From Klebsormidium nitens (taxonomy: Eukaryota; Plantae; Klebsormidiophyceae): a stretch of 64,000 bases of DNA. Location of the stretch: positions 1 through 64,000 of the forward strand of contig DF237375.1 in the NCBI GenBank assembly GCA_000708835.1, written 5' to 3'. Made by a program: the position numbers and the translations under genes. This document shows, piece after piece, positions 38,401-50,634 of this stretch. The notes beneath the pieces are model-generated. The model did no database searches. It was not told the DNA's origin and saw nothing but the letters and a program-made list of their open reading frames with translations. The first letter of the stretch is position 1. The number at the start of each line of letters is the position of its first letter.

Positions 38401-40048
38401 CAGCTGTACGATTGCCAGCTGGACCAGACCGCCGGGTTCTTCGGCGTGAAGTCCGCGTGCGAGCCGGTGCACGTGCAACTGGACCTTCATTCGCGAGACG
38501 TTCAGGTACGGCGGCAAGGTTTTTGCTCACTCTCGTCAACAGTTTGTCCGGACCAAGGCGTTGGCAACTCTGGAAGGAAATCTATCACGTGGGCTGCTGA
38601 CTTCGCTAAGGACTAAGGTAAAACATTAGCAAAGCCTAGTTTAGAGCTTTGTAGAGGCCTCACTCTGTTCTTGCCAACGAGCAATCAGCTTCGCCAAGAA
38701 CACCTTGAAGTCGAGCAGAGATCGAGCACCCAGCGATTTGTGACCGCTTTCAAGGCGAGCTTTAGTCAATAGTATCGAGGTTACCGTTGCAAGCTTTGGC
38801 TCTTTCATTGTCGATTCATTTTGCAGGCAATTTCTCGTGGCCTTGAACCTCAGATAAACTCTCTATATTGACCACTCAGGCAATAAGCACCGATACCTGC
38901 CTGCGTATCATGGAAGTCGACGCGCGGGCTACAATCATCCATACAAGTGCATTGCTCCTAGGATTGATGACCTGAGTTAGGGTCAGCTCTTGGAGGAATA
39001 CTGGTTCCGGAACGAACATTCGGACGGAGGCTTCGAAAATCACTCACCGTTGCTCGCTGACCGGTTGCAGGTCATCAACACAACGTTTTCGGACGTCGAC
39101 GCAATTGTTTCGGCGACCATCTACAACATGGACGGGGCCATCATTCGCCGCCTTGAGCGCGGGCGCGCTCTTTTCCCGGCAGATTCCGCTTCCGTTTCGT
39201 TCCGGCTGCGAGAGGAAACGGAACTTGACGTTCCGCCCGTGTACTTCGTCCTTCTCGAGCTCAAGAGACCGGAAGGCGGAAAGGTTTTGTCGCGGAACTT
39301 CTATTGGCTGTCCAGAAACAACGGGGATTTTCGAGCGTTGCAAGGGGGTTGGCGGAGGCGGCACGTGGATGTCCACGTGCTGGTCAGTGGGCGCTTCGTG
39401 CCGCTCCAATCTGGCGGCAGTCAACGGTCGGAACGGAAAGTTACAAGGTTTGGAGGGAATGGACCGGGGCCCGAAGTGAGCGGAATGGATGCGGAAGGAA
39501 GCGGAACGGGCGTGGGCGGAAATTATGAGGTGTTGATAGAAATCAGCAACGGGGCGGATGTAAGGGGAGAGGTTTCGAGTCTGACGGACGGATGCGCTTC
39601 TGAACTGGAGGATCGACGAGCGGGGGTGAGGTTGGTTGGGGTGGAAAAGGGGCAGGCCGATGCAGGCCAGGAATCATGGAAGCACCAAAGTGCCGTCATG
39701 AGTGACGTCATGAGCAGTGGTCAATGCGATGAAAGGCCGGACGTCCGGTGCCGTGAGGGTAGGTTAGAAAAAGACGTGAGTGCGTCTGGTGTTGCGTTTT
39801 GGTTGCATATTGGCGTCTTGAAGTCGAGCGAAGGAGTTGGTGTCGGACCTTCGGATAGCAAGTACCTGGATCCACGCGTTTCACCTGTGCATTACTCAGA
39901 CAACTATTTCTCTTTGGTTCCTGGAGAGAAGAGGTTGATCACGGTGGAGTTTACACGAAGGTTGGAGAAGGTGAACGAGCATCCGTCGATCTTGATTGAG
40001 GGTTGGAACGTACAACGGAGGGTCTTTGAGCTGAAAGCCCGTCGATGA
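29461..40048 (+). CDS. EBM: Mannosylglycoprotein endo-beta-mannosidase, glycoside hydrolase family 2 (about 16 exons)
   Basis: Exon peptides follow the plant enzyme in order: VPGT|VLTTL (29461-29603, 30137-30293), [59 protein letters not shown] (Glu ~34611), FNPEIG (Glu ~36046), [12 protein letters not shown] (38278-38505), SRNFYW and [14 protein letters not shown] (39071-40048). Confidence 0.95.
37500..38277 (+). repeat. Six tandem degenerate copies of the 3' splice site plus exon start, inside EBM intron 37063-38277
   Basis: Pyrimidine tract-YAG|gcccag(c/t)tggtcaac... copies start at 37510, 37602, 37746, 37890, 38049 and 38163; the true exon starts at 38278. Confidence 0.9.
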
Positions 40049-41320
40049 AACTGACGATTGTCGCTGTGCTGACCCTTTTCACACACGCTTTCAGCGCACT
40101 TTAAGAAAATGTGTGTCGAGTCGAGCTAGAAGTTGCAAACTGCATGCCGCCAGCTCAGACTATTCTCCAATATGGCATCTGGTTGGAAGCTCAGAAGTTG
40201 CTTCGAGCCCATAAGCTCGGTAGGCCGGGGCTGCATACGATGCGGGATGCCAGCGGCGCCTGCGGCAAGGGCGGCTGGAAAGTGCGAATAAGTACGAAAC
40301 TTGAAGCTAGACGGTTGGTGGAGGCAGCTTCACGTGTTGGGTATATAATCATCTGAGGCCATCTTTTGCAGAGCAGTGCGCATGCATGATGCTGCATGCA
40401 GCATTCCGTGCAGCGTGTATACACATGCATGTGCATCATGCAAGTTGTAACCAACGCTTCCCCATGTACACAGTATAACTGCAGCAAACATTGCAGTACC
40501 AACCTACCGTCACGGACCCTGCATGTGCGCGCGTGCGCGTACCGTCCTATACATACGTATACTTGGATATCTAATTCAAGCCTGTAGGTCATGGGATTGT
40601 AATACGTATAGCTTATATAAGTACATGCGCATGTATACCGTATGTTGCTAAGTTTCATAATTGGTGCCACGCAGGCTGGCCCACATGCTTCCGACCACGA
40701 CGATATCCGTATGTGCAGCTCAGTGCGCAAGCTTTCTAGGTACCCCGGAATCGATTGAGCATATTCATGTTGCATAGCAATGAAAAAGAACCCAGCGGAC
40801 ATTTACAACCAGTACTTGGGAATGGCGACATAAGCAGTCTGATCAGCAGCCAATGCAACGAACCCAGATAAGCTCTCGCCTAATTGCAATGTTTCTTAAT
40901 TGCATCACGATTGCTGGTAGCGATACATACGAAAGCGACAATCGTCCAACAGGCCCGGTTTAATGGTCGCCGATTCGAGTGGCGCATGCCAATCTCGGAA
41001 CATACTTTCAGTCAGAAGCTGGCCAACAACGCTCCCCTAACGAATCCATTCTAGCTGCCCCTCGGTTGGAGTTTCCTTGCGGATGACTACGCGTTGATCC
41101 CCAACATTAGATTGGACAGATCTAGGGGCGCTGGTTCAGTGATTCAGAAGCATGATACAGTTATGCTCAACAACTCAATTTCAACTCGTCAACCGTATAC
41201 CTCATCGAAACATCCCAATCTGGGAAGCTTCGAGTTGGACAAAAAGAGAAGTGCCTTTCTAAGATGGGCTTTAAGATTTCCTTTCCCATCTATATCCTTT
41301 TCACGACTTGACTTTGAACT

Positions 41321-44300
41321 CTACTTGACTTTCAGTAGCAAAACCTCGAACACAAGAGGCTCCTTGGCGTGCGAATAAAGGCTGCGTTGCGGACCAAACT
41401 GCAAGAATCAAAATCGAGTCAGACTTTACGAACTTTTGTCAACCGTTGGGGCCCTGTGGCTGGAGATTTACTATGAGCTTAGCATGTGAGAAAAACCAAG
41501 TCAAATGCAGAGCCAGTCTCTGTACGGCAGGACGAAGGCAGGTTTCCTTCAGTCCTGCAAACCTCCTTAGTGAAGCAAAACCTCTTCGAAAAGGAAACCT
41601 CTCGCTTTTCAAACGAGCACGACTTCAATGGTCAGGAAGGCTGTAGCCACATGGTGAAAACCCGTACCCTCGAGTCGAAACGCGAGAGAGAGCTTCTTGA
41701 AAGAATCAACGGACAGCTGCTACATAAGACTCAGATTACACAGGGTATCAGTTGACGCTGCCTTAAAGCGAGGATGAAAAATCGAGAAGCAGAACCAGAG
41801 TCCAACTACTGATCTCTCCCAGAAAATCGCCACCGCTTACCCCTGGTGGAATGGGTTCCAGTATTTGGTCGACATACCCAGCGGACGGCGGAATGAGCGC
41901 TCTCCGCTTACCTGAAACAACATGGGACAGGCTGGCGTGACTTACGTCCTGATTCCTGGGTGTAACGTCCACACTCCTCACGGCCTGTTCAATCGAATTC
42001 GACAGTTCACTGAGGTAGGGGATCAAGCTGTGAGATCACTTCCCCCAGAACAAGAATAGAACGCGACCTCCAGTTCCATCCACAGCTTTCTATCCATTCG
42101 GCTCATAAACAGTCTTTACGCTGCCCCACGCAATACGTTCAAAGTAAAAACTCTGGACGGGCGTTGATGCTATAAGTTGATACTTCTCCAACTATTCATG
42201 TTTTAGCGGTTCGTCTGATCTTACCTCCTGCCCGCATACCCGAAAGAACCTCTTCTAGGCCTTGGATCACCTGTAGCGGCAGACAGCGGCACCCTTTGTT
42301 TATAAGCGAGGGCGAGAGACAGTTTGTTTGGACAGATTCAAAGCCTTACCTGCTCCAAGTCGCGCCCTCTGCTTCTCTACGAAAGTTGCCAGAGTATGTT
42401 GAGGACTGTGGACGGAGCATCTTGGTTGGACTGGTGCAAGCTTGAAATCTCCAAAAAAAAAGAGGGGATGTGGGCTGGGATAGTGCCAATGACCGGTGAA
42501 ATTCTGAGCCTATTTCACTCAAGCTATTTCTCCCAACCGGGTTTCCTCAACCGAGCATAATAGGTGCGGTGCGTCTGTTGCCTGATAAGGGACCATGATA
42601 CGACTAGATTCGGCCAATCTTAGAAAACTCTCAGGGAGTCACAGGTACTCAAGGGCAGGTCTTTTATCCGTGGGTGAGATTTGGTTGATTCACAATCGAG
42701 TAGACACAAGCTGCGCATTGTCGCAGTATTGCGGTATTGCGTATGCCAGTCAGCGAACTCCCCCCAAGGCGCTGCGTGTGGCCAGATGATTGCATCCAGA
42801 AAGAAAGAAAGCACAGAGGAAAATAATAGAAAAGACAAGAAAAGCAAGAAAGAAAAAGAAAACGGATGGCGCGCGCTCACTCGGCCTTGCCCCAGCGGAA
42901 GGCTGGCCGGTGTGTTGTCCCCATCCACCGTGCTATACACGTAGTAACCGTTGGAGCGCCGGCACACGTAATGGAACGTCACCGTGTTGCCCGCCTGCGC
43001 AGCGGGGCCCGTGCCTTCTAGCAGTTCTGCGGGGGTTGTGGAGGGGGTTTAAAAAACGCGGGTGTTTGGGGGGGGGTGTTAAAAAGGTGGCGTTTAGCAG
43101 GTTCTTAAAAAAGGGGGGGGTTGGGGGGTTTTACAAAAGTGGGGTTTGAGAGGAGATTTTGAAAGGTGCGGGTTTAGAACGGGTCTTTAAAAAGTGGGGG
43201 TTACAGAGGGGCGCCCGGAGTTAGCATTGAGGACCCTGTGTATAATCGTACAACAGGAGCTACTCAACGTGTTTCTTCTTGAAGGTGCCAGGTGTCTTGT
43301 GATTGAGGCAAAGCGGTGGTCGAAGGGCACGGTTGACAAGCTAGAGAGGTAGCCTGTCTCAATCTGAGTCTAGCATGAAGTTGACCTGGCAAACGCGTGC
43401 ACCGTTCAAAAAACATTTCTGGGGAGGATCTTTACTGCCTTATTGGGGCAAAAAACGCTGAGCCTCAAGACAAAGGCAGATCAAGTGGTCTCCCTCTATT
43501 TAGAGCCCCACGCTTAATGGGCTCCCAAAGACAGCGGTATTATGAGATTGGACTATGAAAGATCTGTAGAAAGGCAAATTGGCTTTGTGCAGACTTTCAC
43601 GCGTTGGTATGTAGGTGATCCACGATGGCTCATTGACCATCAAAATCAGCAGCGAGAGCAAGCGTCTCTCTGGAAGATGTTGGTGGAGAAGCATGTATGA
43701 ATCGGCTTACCTTGAACTTTGGTGCCGCTTGGGGTCTTGAAGAAGCTGCAGGCCAAAAGGAAGAGGATTCTGAGTTGGGAGGGGGAAGGAGATAAGTATT
43801 GATCGGACATGGACGTCCTCTTGGGCTGAATTACGGAAACATGTAGACTGCATTGCTGTAGCCCCACTTAAACAGCTAGCAGGTTGACCTGGGCCTGCCT
43901 TCCGCCCTGCTAGACCCAGGGAATGGGCGCCACACTAGTAAGCGGTCGGAACTGAGCCACTCACACTTGGGGCTCAGCTTCTCGCCTGTCGTCCGGTCCA
44001 GGGAACGCAAGCGCCTCTTGAGTAGCGCCACTCCAGCTCAGAGCAGCCAACGAAGCGCCCAGCAACCCAACGGTCTGCCGCCGAGAGCACACCGCGCCCA
44101 ATGGTCCTTCAACGTCAGCATTGCTGTGACTCTGAGCTTCATTGACACTGGCGCCACAACAGATCCTCCGTGAACGAGCTGGCACAAGCCCTTGTTGTCC
44201 ACGATAACGCTCACAGCAATGATCTGCGCAGGCTACTCTATGTTGGTCGGCTCTAGAGCGCAGAGACGAGCCCGCATTCTTCACATTGCCTTTGGCATTG

Positions 44301-44428
44301 TTGCTCGGGAAACCCGTCAAGCTTGGGGCCGCCCCAGCCCAGCTCTTGCTGTGTGCAGAAGAGGAACCAGGACCAAACTGAGGCACGCTGCACTGGTGGC
44401 AACCAAGCAGCTGACGGGCAGCCGCCAT
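41321..44428 (-). CDS. FKBP17-2: Thylakoid-lumen FKBP-type immunophilin, FKBP17-2/17-3 family
   Basis: Exons 44428-43965, 43745-43711, 43026-42881, 42270-42225, 41911-41841, 41398-41321, phases compatible. Transit peptide then Tat signal SRRQTVGLLGASLAALSWSGATQEALA; family motifs FFKTPSG, HYVCRRSNGYYVYSTVD, GMRAGGKRRALIPPSAGY, FGPQRSL...EPLVFEV. Confidence 0.9.
43030..43215. repeat. Degenerate G-run/A-run tandem repeat (~30-35 bp unit) in an FKBP intron
   Basis: Alternating GGGG(G)TTT and AAAAA tracts, about 5 units, next to the acceptor at 43027. Confidence 0.6.
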
Positions 44429-45503
44429 AACGCGGAAAGCTAGAGAGGGCGCCACGAAACCCCTGCAGATCAGACTGAGCACTGTACCGGTATCCTGGTG
44501 TATGTGCATTGTGCGCTGTGGGCAAGGTAGGTTATTTTAACCAGGTTTTGACCGGCCTAGCTTGCAAACCGCGCGCTGCACGGCTGCATATTACAACCGC
44601 GCGCGCGGGGAAGGTGCGACTTGCAGGTTTGGGAAAAGACGAGACAGCGGCCGCGCTGCTAGCACTGTAGCAGCTAGGGCGCCTCCGACAGGCCCGGCCC
44701 GCCCGCTGCAGGCAATTTACCGTAGCTGCATGCCGCCTCCGCGCTGCATATGCGGCCCGGCCTGTCGCAGCCATCATATCAAACACTGAGAATGCCAAAG
44801 ATGTTCGAGTTGGAGAAGCTGTTCTGCATCATGATCAAGTCGACCGATATTTACCCTGAATTGCGCGTCTATAGTATGAAACCTGCAGTTTTGGACGGGC
44901 CATGAGGTTTTGCGCTACGTCAGTGAGCGTCGGTGTGCATTCGGAGGAAGAGTTTGATGAACCTTCTTCAACTCCACTCAGATTACTACGATCGAGGTCT
45001 TTTCAGTTCTCTATTCATTCTTGAAACGAATGAACATATATGTGATTCAAATGAAGCAGAGTTGACCGTTGTTCAGAAAGCTGTTCATATCACTGGATCG
45101 ATGCATGCCAGTGATTCGTACCATAGGGTAGAGGAATAATCAACTTCAGATCGCATACCATGCAGTGTACTGTAAAGAAACGCAACAATTGCTGGTTTTC
45201 TTTGAGAGTTCAGCAGCATCGTTGATTGTTTCAAATGAACAACAGATCCTGAAAATTTTCGATCTGATTGCAGAAAGGAGACGTCTGTCTCCACAGTTGT
45301 CCACAACCAAGAACCCTCGTCGACTCTGCGACGAGTCACTACCCAGCTAGATCTAAGCGAGAAAGAATTCTCTACGTGCTCGTTGCTCAATGATCTTCAA
45401 TGTCTTCCCTCCGAGCTCAACTGATCCACTCTATTGCCTCCCAGTGACTGATTGAATAAAAGTACATGGTGCGAGCCTGCGTGCCTCCTATCTTGATCAC
45501 TAC

Positions 45504-45565
45504 TGTAACCCTCTGGTTACTGACCGTGTAACCCTCTGGTTACAGCTCGTAAACCCTCTGGTAAC
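45504..45565. repeat. Three copies of a 17-bp mini-hairpin TGTAACCCTCTGGTTAC
   Basis: Copies at 45504, 45527 and 45549; GTAACC/GGTTAC are inverted around CTCT. Confidence 0.8.
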
Positions 45566-45989
45566 TGATCGTTGGCACTACAACCCACTGTCAAACCGCC
45601 GCTGCTGCAGAGGTTTGAAGCAACACTAATGCACAACTCTCGGAAGAAGCCTTTCGGCTATTCAATCGAACAGCCCAACTCGCTCCTTGTTCCGAAGTCC
45701 AGCCGACAGGCCGGAATGGGAACGCACACGACTCTTTAAACTACAAGGGACGCTGCTAGTTTATCTATGCGAGGCCTGGTCTTCGTTTTGGGGGGTGGAG
45801 AGTACAAAATATGCGTGCAGCGCTGGGGCCCCTCCACTGCTGTAGAAGGCGCCCTTTACCCCCCGGGTCGGACACTCAATGTCACAGGAATTCCCCTTTT
45901 TGGGCACAGCAAACAACTCGTTTTCTCCCCCCTGGCTCGTTGAGGGCACGTGTAACCCCCCCGCAATCACGTCTCTTTCCGTTCCCCCC

Positions 45990-48882
45990 TTAGCACGCGG
46001 ACGGCAAGTTATCAAACACATTGTACACGTTGCCCGTGCCCCACAGGCTGTAATCGGGGAGAGGGTAGCTGTCAGTCGTGAACGATTTCCCGTCCTTCAT
46101 GGTAATTTCCAACGCAACCCCCCCCTGGCCCCCCATTCCGGACGTGGGCGCCCACCAAGCCCCCCACCCCGCGACTTTCACGCCTGAGGTGAACCCCCCG
46201 TTGCGGGTTTTGAAGTTAACGCCGGCAATCTCGCCGACCCCCCCGACGCGAGAGATGACGACCGCCTTGGCCCACTGGTTGTAGGCCTGGGTGCGGACGA
46301 CCATGGCGTGGTCGGGGTAGTCTGCGTAAAAGGGGGGTAGGTTTTAGTTTGACGGAAGTTGCACAACGACTTGATCGAATTTGGCCGAGGTTTCAACAAA
46401 ATAAACTTTGCGACACGTCACCGTATCTTTATCATACAGGTTGATACGAACTTGCCCAGCCTTGAAACTTGAGATGAATGAGAACATCGGAAGACAACAA
46501 CAGACTGGAACACGAGTTCAAAACTTGCTGAGCTCACGCATTCTCAGAGACCATGTGATGTGAGGACCTCCGTATTCGACCTTCTCGACTCTGAAGCTTT
46601 TGGTAAAACAAACTGAACGGACTGTTTTGTTCACTAGGATAAACGAATCTTCTTACGGATTTTAAGAATCACAGTCAGACCAGAATCACTTCGCTGCAAG
46701 CCTTTACCTTGGCAAAGCCTACTCTCTGAAAGCCTGCAGAATTTATGCACCTAACATTGGCCATAGGTACTTTCTGATAAGAATCAACAGCAGGCTTCTC
46801 ACCAGGGGCGCCCATGCAAGAACAGTCCACCCTCGTCCACGTTCCGGTGAAGATCCCTCCGTGACTCCCGTCGCCCGCCTGTCCGTTGGTGAAATAGTTG
46901 AACGAAGGCAGGCACAGGTCAATGTGCCACCCGTCGCCGCCGATGTCATCCTTGTGGTCAGTGACGTCAGTGATGACGAAGCCGCGCGACTTGCCGTTGT
47001 AGGTCAGGACGCCGCAAGCGCCGCACCCGCCGAGGTAGCCAAAGTTGCCAGAGGCCGCGTGGTAAGGATCTGCGGAGAGGCAGGCAGCAAGTCAGGATTG
47101 TGACAAGGACAACTCCAAAAACCCGAAGCAATGTTCAGGTTGATATACAACCACCAAATTCTGGTCTGGGACCTGAGGTTTATGTTGGATTTGAGTCAAG
47201 AAGTCGACCATAATCAGAATTTTGCGTCAGAATCTCGCGTCAGAAACCCAGATCCAAACGGTTGACCAGTGAGACGACGAGGCTCTGGGGAGTCAAGCCA
47301 CGCCAAGGAGATCAGATTACACAGTGGCTGAGCAGGGGTCTGGATGGGGCTTCTCAAATAGACTGTTTGAAGACGTTAAGTAGAGAAGCAAGACTTGGCT
47401 GAAGAGGAGCTGAGGCTTAGTAACAGAATCAGGGAACAGAGGGGTGAGGGGGAGGTGGCAAGGTTCAGGTGAAGGGAGCATATTGTTTGGAGGCTGGGGC
47501 AATGATGATATATGATGGTGGAGAATAGAGCAGAGCTGAACAATCCTTTGAAAGTTACAGTCTGGCAAGGCTCTCAAGGACTTGATGTGTGAGGGGGGAA
47601 AATAACTTGGGGGGTTCAGCACGACTTTAGGATTGGAAGCAACTTATCTTAGTGTTATCCACGTCCAAAATTGAGCACATAAGACACTGTGCCCAAAAGG
47701 CGGGAAGATGTCAGGAGCAAAAAGACCAGCTTTGTGTGCCCGGAACACCTCAATCAAGACAAAGCTTCCGATGAGTAGTGGGACTTACAGAGAGAGGTCT
47801 CCACGAAAGGGCCGCCGCCACCGTAGGCATTCCCGTCAACATCATTACCGTAACCGCATTGGCCGTTACCTGGCACAGCACAAGACTTGATTAGAAAGTC
47901 CTCGAGCAGACGAGGTCGGTAAAAGGAGTCTTTGCGCAAATTGCGCCTTGGTCCTCAGAAGCGCAACAAAGTTGACACTTGAGATTCAGCCTAAGAAAAG
48001 CAGAAGCTGAAAGAAGTTATAAATAGAGTGTCAAATGCGGGCTGCCTTAAAAGCGGGTTGTTCAGGTCAAGGTTGCCAAGCGGACAAAAAAAACAAGATG
48101 AGCTTTTCAATCCAAGCAGCTCCCACGATGCTGAAAAGTTATGTTCCTGAACCAACTGACCTAGGAACACCTCTATGAGGACAGTAAAAAGTTCCTATTC
48201 CTGCCCCTACATTACACAGCTTTTTCTTTAAGTCCCCTCTCAAAGGTAGACAAAGCATAATCTTTCAGTGAAGATTCAACCAACAGCCTTCTGGAATCAG
48301 CTCAACCTTGACAAACAGCGAGAACCGTGGACTTTTGAAACTGCTGCTGACAGCTCTCAGTCCCTGCTTCTAAGACTTGACGTTATCCACTCAGAACCGC
48401 AGCACAACAACAGTTGCAGTCCCTTTTCCAACTAAGCTTGCTCATATACCCAGCAGCACTTGGAGCTACAGTATGTATCCACGTTTCGCCTTCTAATCGG
48501 ACAACTACTGCCCAAACTCAATCGGTTTTCAAAAGGGATTCCACCGAATAGCGGATGACCACATTCTCCGCCTTTTCCAAGCCCCCAAGATCAGAGCTGG
48601 GCTCCCACACCAAATGACCAGATTCTCACCCGTCGTGCAGTCCATGCCAGGTGAGTTGTAAAATGTCGCCGACACCTGGCTGCTCTGGCCCAGGCCCAGC
48701 GCCTTGCGCCTCGGCGCCTCCACTGTTTCATTGGAGATCTGGAACCTCCCTGACTGCGGATCAAAGGATGCAGTTGGGATCTCCTGCTTCTCGTCCCCCT
48801 GAATGAAAATGCTGTCACGGGCGGCCGAGACGGCGACCAGGGAGAGAGCCAGCAGAGCGAGGAGCTGGAGCTTGGTCGCCAT
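45990..48882 (-). CDS. Secreted expansin-like protein: DPBB domain plus C-terminal CBM63-like beta-sandwich
   Basis: Exons 48882-48630, 47869-47789, 47069-46803, 46321-45990, all phase 1. Signal peptide MATKLQLLALLALSLVAVSAA; ATFY...GQCGYG, GCGAC, FVITD, WHIDL, WTRVDC; Trp-rich second domain (GWGAWW, LWGTGNVY). Confidence 0.8.
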
Positions 48883-50634
48883 GGCTGCAGCAACGGGCAG
48901 CTGGGCGAGAGAGGAGAATGGGGAGCAAAGTGACTTTGGAGATGTGGCGAGTTTTGTGCGATCACCAGTGCTTTTGAGGGTGCACGAGACTGCAGAGCAT
49001 ACCGACAGTGTCCAAAAGCGGAGCTTTCGCTTTGGGCAGATCTCGAGTCAGCGGTAGGTACTACCTAGTACCACCTACCTGGATAGACTAGGTATAGTCG
49101 TGCTAGCTACTGTAGAGCTATTAGGTAACCCGTTACCCTTACTTTTCAAAAGGGCCCGGTGATGGTTAGGGTTAAATTGGTTATGACTTCTGATGTTACG
49201 GTAGGTGACTTTGCCAGCGAGGAGCCTGATGGGGTGCCTTCGAGACGAGACGTGGTCATGCAAGATACCCGGGCCCGGCCCCGGGGCGTCCATTTAACAC
49301 CGGCCGGAATCTCAGTGCTCTGTATAGACTGCAGTGTGCTGGCGGTGAGTCGCTCTGCACATGACAGCTAGCGGCCTCCACCAATTATTGCAGCAGTTAC
49401 GACAGATTCCCTGCTCGCGCACCTCATAAATGTATGTACGTGTCGATCAGGCATGAATAAAGACAAACCCAAAGAATCGAAGATCCATCCACAAACGACA
49501 AAAGTTGTTGCACATGGGCGCCGTTCATCTAAGCACAACAAGATCGATCCACGGCTCAGGAATCTCGTGCCTTGAGGCTTTCAGCATGTGTACATTGCTG
49601 ATTGGTCACGCGTGTTGACCATCAATGTTTTTCGGGACCAATGGGATTGTGCCGTACCGGAAAGCTGCAATCTGAGTCCGTAGATGCAGCATACTCTAGT
49701 CTCTCAGAGTGTTGCCGCGATGAAAGAAAACTGTCGACGACGGTACAGGCTCGGAGGGCCGCGCCCGAAAGCGCGAAGTGAGCAGCATAACTAGGTAGGT
49801 AGGTGAGTGCAACGTGAGGGCATGTGATTGTATGGCTTCAGAAAATCAGGTTCTCAAGATGCATACCATACAGCTGTCACTCTGGCAACTCTCGTGTGAC
49901 TTTATCGAGGCGTGTGACTTAAGATAGGCGCCCGGAGGACGGGCGGGGTAGGCCTAAGGTGGTTAGGGTGGCTTGGAGTGCGGAGCGCATGCATGATTGT
50001 CTCGGTTAGGATTTTTAGTTTGTGTACCCGGTAGCTCGAATCAAACGCCCGTTAGGTCGCACTGGCAAGCGTTGCCCGTATATAGCTATCGTGGTCGCCC
50101 TGCATCTCCGAAATGCTGGAGTGGGATTGGTATGTTAAGTACACCAAAGTACGCCGCTCTTGCTATAGCCATTTGCATATCCTAAGGGTCTGGCAAGCTG
50201 ATTAATAATCCCGCGCGGCACTAGTAAGCATCTCATTGATTTCTCGTTGAGTGTCATGCCCTGAAAATGGTGCATCCAAACGATTCTTTGTTACCAACTA
50301 CCAAGAACATTTTCGGGAGACATGCCAGGCGCCAGCACACTCGCACCAACTCAGATCTCGCAATGCAACCTTGTGCCAAACGTGGTTTCATTGAGCAATG
50401 ACAACCGGCATTCACCTCGCTGATGAGTCTTGTGGGTACAGGTGTCTGCGTATCAAGATGAATCATTCAGGGCAGTGCAAGCCCACACTTTTTCTTGCAA
50501 GGGCGGTAGCTTCTCATCCCGTCCCAGTATAGACTAGACCAACCAAACGGGGCCTTCGGCCAGCATGTCGCTGCGATCTCGGATTCGGAACGTCCTGTAT
50601 GAGGACCTTGCTACTTCAACACGGTGGACAAGAT

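Noticed and set aside
40191-40802. 203-aa ORF rich in C/Y/H/M
   Set aside because: Composition follows from TGCA/TACA/CATG-rich low-complexity intergenic DNA; no domain, and no element termini found.
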